A stretch of DNA of 64,000 nt from a virus. Both the position numbers and the translations under genes were made by a program. Location of the stretch: the IMG/VR virus record IMGVR_UViG_3300042505_000752, positions 32,001 through 96,000 of that record. One strand, written 5' to 3'. Positions 57,314 to 64,000 of this stretch are shown in pieces. Each line of letters starts with the position of its first letter. Positions within the stretch are counted from its first letter, which is position 1. Below the pieces are notes generated by a model. That model searched no databases and was not told where the DNA came from. It saw only the letters and a list, made by a program, of their open reading frames with translations.

Positions 57314-57832
57314 ATGGCAGATAGAAATGGTGACCTTATTGTTTATCATCGCTCAGACTGCGGTTCTGGCTATGTAAGAATGTATGGCTTCGGCGGAGAT
57401 GGCACAGGTCAATCTTGCGGAAAATGGGGATTAGAAGATTGGCAAATAGACATCATTCATCAATATGACTGGAACTTCAAAGCGGAAGACCTGAACCAAT
57501 TGAAAATCTATCGCGATGGTGATTTATTTGGCAACGGGAAGTTATCCCCAGAGCAATTTCAGTTGGCAGTGAATTATGTATCAGGATGCCATACGGATGC
57601 ATATGGTCACCTACTCAACGACGATGGGAGTAGGCAGGATGGACAAAATCCTCAAGATTCCCAAGGTTTCTATTTGGCATTTAATGTAAACAATAGATGT
57701 CCAGATAGCACAAGAAGGGAATGCCCTGAGAATCACGCCCGTTGGAAAAGTTTAGAGGCATCAATGGGAGGGGACATGAGCGCTTTTGGCGGTGGACCCG
57801 AGACTTGGAAATTAATTCCGTACAACGGATAA
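57314..57832 (+). CDS. Hypothetical protein
   Basis: Clean 172-aa ORF, no recognised motif. Confidence 0.5.
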   Translation: MADRNGDLIVYHRSDCGSGYVRMYGFGGDGTGQSCGKWGLEDWQIDIIHQYDWNFKAEDLNQLKIYRDGDLFGNGKLSPEQFQLAVNYVSGCHTDAYGHLLNDDGSRQDGQNPQDSQGFYLAFNVNNRCPDSTRRECPENHARWKSLEASMGGDMSAFGGGPETWKLIPYNG

Positions 57833-57849
57833 TAAAAGTTTGGATTGAT

Positions 57850-58050
57850 ATGGGACTACATGAAGCACTTATTGGTTTTGCCGTAGCAATTATTGGTTTG
57901 CTGACTGCTTTAATTGAGAAAAGTCGTCGTGAAAATGTTCGTGACCATGGGATGGTTCGTGACAGATTAGACGACATCAAGCAAGATGTTCGTGAAGTTC
58001 GTTCGGTTTTGACGGACCACTTAGAGGCTCACGCACAAGAAAAAAAGTAA
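57850..58050 (+). CDS. Small membrane protein (one TM + coiled coil, XhlA/holin-like)
   Basis: LIGFAVAIIGLLTALI TM then RDRLDDIKQDVREVR; ATG at 57850. Confidence 0.55.
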   Translation: MGLHEALIGFAVAIIGLLTALIEKSRRENVRDHGMVRDRLDDIKQDVREVRSVLTDHLEAHAQEKK

Positions 58051-58272
58051 TTACTTTTTAGTTTTTTTCTTTTTCTTCTTAGCAAACTCAGCATCCTGTT
58101 GGCGTTTCCACACTATGTAATCTGGTGGATACTTGCGCTTATCTGGATGCATCATATACTCATGCATGTCAAATGAGTTGACCATTTTTTTGCCACAATG
58201 CGGACATATCTCAATGTTGGCAGGGTAGTCGCTAGTTTGCCAAGTCACTGGTACTCCCCGCAGGATGGGCAT
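58051..58272 (-). CDS. Small Zn-finger-like basic protein
   Basis: CPHC...H..H spacing, poly-Lys tail. Confidence 0.45.
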   Translation of the reverse strand: MPILRGVPVTWQTSDYPANIEICPHCGKKMVNSFDMHEYMMHPDKRKYPPDYIVWKRQQDAEFAKKKKKKTKK

Positions 58273-58474
58273 TTATCATCGCCCCATTTTAGCGGTTGTC
58301 CGCAGTCATAGCAATACAGGATTTCTTCTTCTTCGTTACTATTTTCTTTACTTTCCACAGTTGGATTGTACCCCATGATAAGTTTTACCTAGGTGAATGC
58401 ATACTATGTAATAATAGTTATGCACGCCGAATTACGCAAGATAAGCCTGTATTTTCTAATTTATATGGAGTAAA

Positions 58475-58807
58475 ATGAATGATGTAATTAGTAATGATAT
58501 TTTTTGGCACAAAGACAACCATGTCATTCATTTACAATTAAACAAGAGCGAAGTATCCATTGTCCATATCCACTGCCCTAACAACGAGGACAGGGAATGT
58601 CGTGTTGGAAAATTTGAATGCATTGTTTCTTGGTTTCTAGATCGCTACGGGCTTGAGTGCAATGTTGGCATTTGTGATATTTCTTCTGAGATTGAAATAG
58701 CATGGTCTGCTGTTGGCGAAGATTTTGACGATCCAGAACTATGTCAAGTTTGGGTTATCCCAGTAAACGATGAAGCGTTCTCCGCTTGGCTTATTACTCA
58801 GGAGTAA
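58475..58807 (+). CDS. Hypothetical Cys-containing protein
   Basis: Clean 110-aa ORF with RBS GGAG. Confidence 0.5.
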   Translation: MNDVISNDIFWHKDNHVIHLQLNKSEVSIVHIHCPNNEDRECRVGKFECIVSWFLDRYGLECNVGICDISSEIEIAWSAVGEDFDDPELCQVWVIPVNDEAFSAWLITQE

Positions 58808-59279
58808 CCACTTCTGGGGCTGTATATCTTTCGGTCTCTTCAACATACTTCTTAACCTCGGGCATCAGCGTGTCTAGGAAACGACTGATATCAGGGTGAT
58901 TTAAGCCTTCTTTGAAATTAAAAGAATAAGTGTTTCTGTTTCTGACTTTTGTCTTTGTTATGAGTTTACTTTTCAAAAGCAGTTTTACCGAGTGATTAAT
59001 ATTTGATTCTGAAACTCCGATGTATTTTGATAATGCTCGTTGAGTAATACCAGAATCCTCAATGATTGCTATAAGAACTCGCCCATGACTATTGAGTAGT
59101 TGTACCTGATTAGGTTTGGCGTATGTAACAAGATGATGCCTGTCAAGCAAGTGCATGATTTTGTCAGTGACTGCTTCAGCAGATTCACCTTTATCCATTG
59201 CAATTTGGATAGTTATCTTGAGTGGTTCAAAAATTTCAAGTTTACTATTAATTGACACTGTTTCAGCAGAATTAATCAT
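58794..59279 (-). CDS. MarR-like winged-helix regulator
   Basis: GITQRALSKYIGVSESNINHSVKLLLKSKLITKTKVRNRNTY. Confidence 0.75.
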   Translation of the reverse strand: MINSAETVSINSKLEIFEPLKITIQIAMDKGESAEAVTDKIMHLLDRHHLVTYAKPNQVQLLNSHGRVLIAIIEDSGITQRALSKYIGVSESNINHSVKLLLKSKLITKTKVRNRNTYSFNFKEGLNHPDISRFLDTLMPEVKKYVEETERYTAPEVVTPE

Positions 59280-59347
59280 ACAAATGAACTATAGTACACT
59301 GGACAACCACGGCACGCCCATTAAGCCTCAATTTATGGAGACAGTAA

Positions 59348-59590
59348 ATGAGCCTTGAAAACAAACTGAATAGCCTGAAACAAATCAGGGATTTTAACAA
59401 TGTGTGTACTGTTGGCGGCATTATCAATGAGTTACCAGAAGTAGAGAAAAAGGCGCTAGTCAGTGCCCTAAGTTCCAAAGCCTCAACACGAGGAATCTAC
59501 GATGCTCTCAAATCTGAAGGTTTCAAGATTGATAGACAAACAATAACTCTTCACCGCAAGGGCTATTGCCGATGTAAGGAGCAAGAATGA
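59348..59590 (+). CDS. Small hypothetical protein (HTH-like, HxxGxCxC tail)
   Basis: STRGIYDALKSEGFKIDRQTITLHRKGYCRC; coupled to the phosphoesterase gene. Confidence 0.5.
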   Translation: MSLENKLNSLKQIRDFNNVCTVGGIINELPEVEKKALVSALSSKASTRGIYDALKSEGFKIDRQTITLHRKGYCRCKEQE

Positions 59591-60810
59591 CCAATCTATC
59601 CAAGCGTCTCGCTGCTGTAGAAAATCAAGCAGAACTTGAAGACGCAGTAAAGAAGAAGAAGTCACCCCAAGGATGGGAACCTGGTGTTGTCTGGGAAGGC
59701 GCAAAAGGAACCATTACCACAAGCGCGGTATACGAACCGCCGAAGGAATGGTCATCACTCCTTAAAGAACGAGGGCTAGACCCCGACATGTACGAGATTG
59801 TTGGGGACACAATTCGCTGGACATCTTTTGACGGATGGAAGCGAGATGCACCAGGTGACGAGGCATATAGCACTATTTGCTACTCATACAAGGCTGATAT
59901 ACGCCTGAAGTCCCCAGAACGACCCAATTTAGACGAGATATATCAGGCTGTTAAGAAGGCAAAAAAGCCCTCTAAAGAAGCACCCTCTGGAGACACTACT
60001 TTTGTCATTGCTCTGTCGGATTGGCAGACGGGAAACCGTGATGGTGGCGGAGTGCAAAAGCAAGTAGAAGAAATCGCTGCACTTCCAGATAAATTAGTTA
60101 AAAGAGTTCGTGACCTGCGCAAATGCGGTACGAAAATCAACCATATCCTGATTGTTGGCTTAGGCGACCTAGTAGAAGGAACTTGCGGACACTACCCAGC
60201 CCAGCAATTCCGCATTGAAGTAGACCGCCGAGAGCAGATGAAGATCGTCCGAAGGGGAATCCGAGACATCATTATGGCTCTTGCTCCCCTAGTAGAGCGC
60301 GTAACAATCACTGCTGTTGGTGGAAACCACGGCGAAAACAGAGGATTGAGCGGAAAAGCCTTCACGACCACTGGGGACAACGACGATGTTGCCATCTTTG
60401 AGCAGATTGCCGAAGCCTTCCAGATGAATAAAGAAGCCTTCCCTAATGTGAGTTGGCGCATTCCGCTAGAACGACTGACCACTTCTGTTGAGATCAACGG
60501 CAAAATCATCGCCTTTACCCACGGACACCTCAGTAAGCCTTCTGGTAACGCCGCCCAATCTGTATGGAATTGGTGGAAAGACCAAGCCCACGGACGCGCT
60601 CACCCAGGTGTGGCAGATGCTGACATTCTCGTAACAGGGCATTATCACCACTTCAATGCCAAAGAACAGGAAGGGCGAGCACTATTCGTCTGCCCAAGCA
60701 TCGTATCTGTTGGTGAATACTTCCAAGATACCTATGGAGTCAAGACTCGTGCAGGCACTTTGACCTTCTGTGTCAATAGCGTCGGCTGGACAGAAATGTC
60801 AATCGTCTAA
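59587..60810 (+). CDS. Calcineurin-like metallophosphoesterase
   Basis: All five motifs: SDWQ, GDLVEG, GNHGE, FTHGH, GHYHH. Confidence 0.88.
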   Translation: MTNLSKRLAAVENQAELEDAVKKKKSPQGWEPGVVWEGAKGTITTSAVYEPPKEWSSLLKERGLDPDMYEIVGDTIRWTSFDGWKRDAPGDEAYSTICYSYKADIRLKSPERPNLDEIYQAVKKAKKPSKEAPSGDTTFVIALSDWQTGNRDGGGVQKQVEEIAALPDKLVKRVRDLRKCGTKINHILIVGLGDLVEGTCGHYPAQQFRIEVDRREQMKIVRRGIRDIIMALAPLVERVTITAVGGNHGENRGLSGKAFTTTGDNDDVAIFEQIAEAFQMNKEAFPNVSWRIPLERLTTSVEINGKIIAFTHGHLSKPSGNAAQSVWNWWKDQAHGRAHPGVADADILVTGHYHHFNAKEQEGRALFVCPSIVSVGEYFQDTYGVKTRAGTLTFCVNSVGWTEMSIV

Positions 60811-60846
60811 GAAGTTCATATAAATCTAACGGGAAATTAGGGAAGT

Positions 60847-61458
60847 ATGACAACTATCATCGGATTACAAGGCGACGACTGGTGCGTTATTGGCGCAGAT
60901 AGCCGTATTACCTCTATGGACGAGAGCGGGTTCATCTCTAGTCAGCAAGTGCTTCCCCCAACCTCATCTAAACTTATCTCAAAGAGGGGTTACATCATAG
61001 GAGCGGCAGGAGACATGCGCGCAATCAACATCCTGCATCATGTCTACGAACCCCCAGTTTCTCCTAAATCTAACCTAGTAGAGAAGATAGATCAGTTCAT
61101 TACCAAGTCAGTAGTACCAAGCATACGAGAGTGCTTTGACAACCAAGGCTACAGTCCGCCAGATAAATCTGACCGAGAACACCAAGCCCAACAAGACTCC
61201 ACAATCCTCATAGCAATCAAAGCCCGTATCTACATTATTGACAACGACTACTCATGGGCACAGGACGAAACAGGCATTTATACCATAGGCACAGGAAGCC
61301 AGTATGCCCGAGCAGTACTACATCTCCTAACGAACAATACAACTAAGAACCTCACCCTAGAGAAGGCAACTCTACATATCAAGAAAGCCCTGACTATCGC
61401 GTCTCACCACGACCCGTACACAGGACCGCCACATCACATCCACACTCAAACCACATGA
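60847..61458 (+). CDS. Ntn-hydrolase, proteasome-beta/HslV-like
   Basis: MTTIIG N-terminal Thr, GADSR, SK, GAAGD, TIGTGSQYA, DPYTG. Confidence 0.8.
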   Translation: MTTIIGLQGDDWCVIGADSRITSMDESGFISSQQVLPPTSSKLISKRGYIIGAAGDMRAINILHHVYEPPVSPKSNLVEKIDQFITKSVVPSIRECFDNQGYSPPDKSDREHQAQQDSTILIAIKARIYIIDNDYSWAQDETGIYTIGTGSQYARAVLHLLTNNTTKNLTLEKATLHIKKALTIASHHDPYTGPPHHIHTQTT

Positions 61459-61476
61459 AAGCCACGCTCCTTCCAC

Positions 61477-61767
61477 ATGTTTCCCACAAGCCAACCAGTG
61501 TTCTTCAAGAAGGCTAACTGCCTAGGACAGACACACTTAATGTTCCCCCAGCACCATAAGGACATTACTTACATCCAACAAGCACGAGAACTCTGTAGTA
61601 CTTGCAGTGTGAGCAAACAATGCCTAGAATATGCTCTTGAATTTCCAGCAGCAGACATGCACGGAGTATGGGCAGGTCTGACAAGTAGGCAGTTATCTGC
61701 GGAACAAAAGCGCAGGGGAATCAAGGCTACACGACCCACATTGGCTCAAATGTGGGGGGATAAGTAA
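61477..61767 (+). CDS. whiB: WhiB-family transcription factor
   Basis: Four Cys (ANC...CSTCSVSKQC), EYAL, HGVWAGL turn. Confidence 0.9.
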   Translation: MFPTSQPVFFKKANCLGQTHLMFPQHHKDITYIQQARELCSTCSVSKQCLEYALEFPAADMHGVWAGLTSRQLSAEQKRRGIKATRPTLAQMWGDK

Positions 61768-61851
61768 GGCTTGCAGTATCTAACATAGATTTTACACAAA
61801 ACACTACAAATTCATGTAATTTACCACTATACAAACAATAGAAGGATAGTT

Positions 61852-62082
61852 ATGTCTACAACCCTCACCTACAACCAGTGGATAGCAATCGGAATAGATC
61901 AAGGATGGTGCGGACCAGCAGTCTGCTACACCCATGATGGACTACCGACTACGGCTGATGAGGACGAAGAGTTTCAATGGGGTGACCCGTGCATCCATAT
62001 CGTAAGACTGTATGAGGATCACGAGACGAGACTGGCGATAGAGAACAACCATTCGGCTAGCAACTGGCGCAAACCTCTATGA
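61852..62082 (+). CDS. Hypothetical protein
   Basis: Clean ORF with RBS AGGA; GWCGPAVCYTHDG. Confidence 0.55.
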   Translation: MSTTLTYNQWIAIGIDQGWCGPAVCYTHDGLPTTADEDEEFQWGDPCIHIVRLYEDHETRLAIENNHSASNWRKPL

Positions 62083-62285
62083 GCATCCTTGACGACCTCA
62101 AGGCGAGGATAGATCAACTCATGAAGGACACTGAGGCTCTTGATGAGGAGTTGGATGAGTGGCAGATCACCAACAACAAGAACTGCATTGCAGAGTTGAA
62201 GAGTGACCTAGTGAGGTTACAGAAACTGATTGACGGGCACTTGAGTACTAAGCAACCCGAATCCGACACTCAGGGCAAAAACTAG
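62079..62285 (+). CDS. Small coiled-coil hypothetical protein
   Basis: ATGA-type overlap with the previous gene; heptad pattern. Confidence 0.45.
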   Translation: MSILDDLKARIDQLMKDTEALDEELDEWQITNNKNCIAELKSDLVRLQKLIDGHLSTKQPESDTQGKN

Positions 62286-62601
62286 CACCGCCGAAACGCT
62301 CAGGGGAATCTGTGCCAGCACACCCCACGCCCTCGCGTCCGCACGGAAGCAGAATTTTGTCGCCAGTGAGGTAGGCGTGAATCATGTCGGTCTGAGTTGG
62401 GATCGGCACTCGCGCTGGCGGAGGCTCTGGTAATCCCAGTTCCTCGTCCAGTGCGCGCATCAGCATCTGGATGCACCAGTTCGTGTAGGCTACACCTAAC
62501 TTCTCTGCGTGCTCAACCAGTCGGTTCTTCTGTTTGCCCGGTAAGCGGAGAACGATTGTTGCTGGCTGGGTCTCGTTAGACTTGCGGGGTTTGGCGGGCA
62601 T
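62248..62601 (-). CDS. Ribbon-helix-helix (Arc/CopG-like) protein with C-terminal Cys cluster
   Basis: TIVLRLPGKQKNRLVEHAEKLGVAYTNWCIQML; C...C...CPEC. Confidence 0.6.
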   Translation of the reverse strand: MPAKPRKSNETQPATIVLRLPGKQKNRLVEHAEKLGVAYTNWCIQMLMRALDEELGLPEPPPARVPIPTQTDMIHAYLTGDKILLPCGREGVGCAGTDSPERFGGASFCPECRIRVA

Positions 62602-62749
62602 CGCGCTCCACTAGCGTCAGCAGGTATTCGGTGATCGTCATGTCGTATCCTTCGGCTAGGGCGAGGATCTGGTTCTTCGTTTTGCCAGCGATCTTGAGAG
62701 TGATAGTCGTCTTAGGGGAGGCGGTTGGTTTTGGGGGTCGTCCGATCAT
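62576..62749 (-). CDS. Small ribbon-helix-helix protein (missed by the ORF track)
   Basis: Hand translation MIGRPPKPTASPKTTITLKIAGKTKNQILALAEGYDMTITEYLLTLVERDARQTPQV*. Confidence 0.65.
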   Translation of the reverse strand: MIGRPPKPTASPKTTITLKIAGKTKNQILALAEGYDMTITEYLLTLVERDARQTPQV

Positions 62750-62849
62750 GTTGGTAGTTTACTGAAAGGAGGTTGCTTTTTGGGGATGGGTCCTGTATAA
62801 TAGTGTTATACCGAAAAGTATTCGGTTTAAATTACTAAGGAGTACTACT

Positions 62850-63404
62850 ATGAACCGTTTAGATTTAGGCGACTTCAAGTTCGCAAAAAGTCTTGAACGA
62901 CTTGTCACTCGCCCAAAGACATTGAATGGCATTGCCCTTCCGACTGTCCGTAACCTAGCCGAGTCTCGCATTATCAATGCCGACTTTGACGCAGTGATTA
63001 CATCAGGACCAGCAGAGCGCGAAGTTAACTGGGATCACCCCAACCATCGCGTCTGGGAGTTTGATGACTCAGAAGACAAGTATGGTCCTAAGTTGGAGCA
63101 AGTAGAAGAGATGATCTTTTGGGGTGCACAGCACGACGATGTTCTTGTCCACTGTCACGCAGGGATGAGTCGCTCTACTGCTACGGCTTGGGGTATCTGT
63201 ATCGCTAAGGGCTTGGATGCCAAGGAGAGTCTTGTGGCTCTACTGGACGCTCACCCTACTGATGATGGATACGACGAGAAGCGTTGGTTCTGCCCGAACG
63301 GACTTCTTGTCCAGCACATGCAGACCATCTTCAATGATCCGACTCTCATGGACATCCGTGAAGAAGTGTTACGCGACGATAAGCGCATCAGCCACTGGCT
63401 CTGA
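62850..63404 (+). CDS. Cys-based (PTP/dual-specificity) phosphatase
   Basis: HCHAGMSRS CX5R loop, upstream FDD acid, PN motif. Confidence 0.85.
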   Translation: MNRLDLGDFKFAKSLERLVTRPKTLNGIALPTVRNLAESRIINADFDAVITSGPAEREVNWDHPNHRVWEFDDSEDKYGPKLEQVEEMIFWGAQHDDVLVHCHAGMSRSTATAWGICIAKGLDAKESLVALLDAHPTDDGYDEKRWFCPNGLLVQHMQTIFNDPTLMDIREEVLRDDKRISHWL

Positions 63405-63857
63405 GAGTGCGTATAACTGTTTCTCGTATTCCTTGACAATCTTGTCGTAGGTAGAGAGGAACATCTCTCGGTCCCCATTCGTGTGGAGGTTGTAGGAACT
63501 AACTCCTCCTAGAGCCTTCACCGTTTGGGAGACTAGAGCGTGGATAGATTCAGATGAATAGTTGCCAGAGTGTGCCGCATCAGCAGCACGCCTGAACTGC
63601 TGCCATGCTTCTCCGCCAGTAGGTACTGATTCGCCGTGGATCAAATCAACAGTTCTACGCCGCACTTCGCCTACGCGAGGCATGTAACCGTTTTCTATAA
63701 CAAGGTCGTCAAGCACGAGGTCAACATCATCCTTGTTTAAATCTTTGAGAATGCGCCACCATGCTTCATACGCCTGCTTCTGATAGACAGGGTTAATCTG
63801 CTGGTTCCAACTCAAATAAATTCTGTCAACAATTTGACACAGTTCTGTTTTAGTCAT
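63369..63857 (-). CDS. Replicative helicase loader/inhibitor G39P-like protein
   Basis: MTKTE...AWWRILKDL..DDV...L......YMPRVGEVR N-terminal pattern. Confidence 0.6.
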   Translation of the reverse strand: MTKTELCQIVDRIYLSWNQQINPVYQKQAYEAWWRILKDLNKDDVDLVLDDLVIENGYMPRVGEVRRRTVDLIHGESVPTGGEAWQQFRRAADAAHSGNYSSESIHALVSQTVKALGGVSSYNLHTNGDREMFLSTYDKIVKEYEKQLYALSEPVADALIVA

Positions 63858-63999
63858 CTAAGAAGCCACCCTTGCTGTCATCCGCCACCGTGAGATTAGA
63901 GAACCGCTCAATATGAGACGAGTCCCGCAGGATTAATTCTAGCGAGTTGTAAACCGTTCCGCTTGGGTTCTGTCCCATATGCCAAGGAGATAGGGCACA
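63850..63999 (-). CDS. C-terminus of an upstream (replication-associated?) protein, truncated by the window edge
   Basis: Open frame CALSPWHMGQNPSGTVYNSLELILRDSSHIERF...GGFLDD* overlapping the G39P-like start. Confidence 0.5.
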   Translation of the reverse strand, partial: CALSPWHMGQNPSGTVYNSLELILRDSSHIERFSNLTVADDSKGGFLDD

Positions 64000-64000
64000 G

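Noticed and set aside
1-64000. tRNA, rRNA, integrase, transposase, intron or intein
   Set aside because: None recognised by eye; terminase, capsid and portal read as uninterrupted. A tRNAscan/Infernal run would be needed to exclude RNAs formally.
1-64000. Alternative genetic code (stop-codon reassignment)
   Set aside because: Known genes are full length under the standard code and end in TAA, TAG and TGA

Overview
The whole window reads as part of a large, uncultured-type tailed phage genome with a contractile tail (myovirus morphology). The host is probably an actinobacterium, inferred from a WhiB gene, an M15 endolysin and a peptidase-bearing tape measure protein. The minus strand (1-20.9 kb) carries tail fibre, baseplate, tape measure, tail tube, sheath and neck genes, then a glycosyltransferase / ParB / PAPS-reductase (IbrAB-like) cluster. 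A recombination block (RuvC, HNH, Cas4/RecB-like nuclease, Rad52/Sak-like annealase) follows, then a terminase large subunit transcribed away from the portal. The plus strand (26.4-57.8 kb) carries an HK97-type head module with a portal-MuF fusion, prohead protease and major capsid protein, then Fn3/fibre genes and a lysis region. The right end holds small regulatory and accessory genes (MarR-like, metallophosphoesterase, Ntn-hydrolase, WhiB, RHH, Cys-based phosphatase, G39P-like). The most striking feature is a ~17 kb insert between the prohead protease and the capsid gene. It encodes three large paralogous proteins sharing an N-terminal RCPxGxQFGGxxTD..CG leader and carrying four HipA/PI3K-PI4K-like kinase(-like) domains. 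The two largest are followed by one small gene per kinase domain, and the protein with two kinase domains is followed by two mutually paralogous small genes. This is the layout of a polymorphic toxin-immunity system, here probably capsid-packaged and processed by the prohead protease at recurrent (E)xK|S/A/G sites. All family assignments come from motif recognition by eye; no database searches were run.
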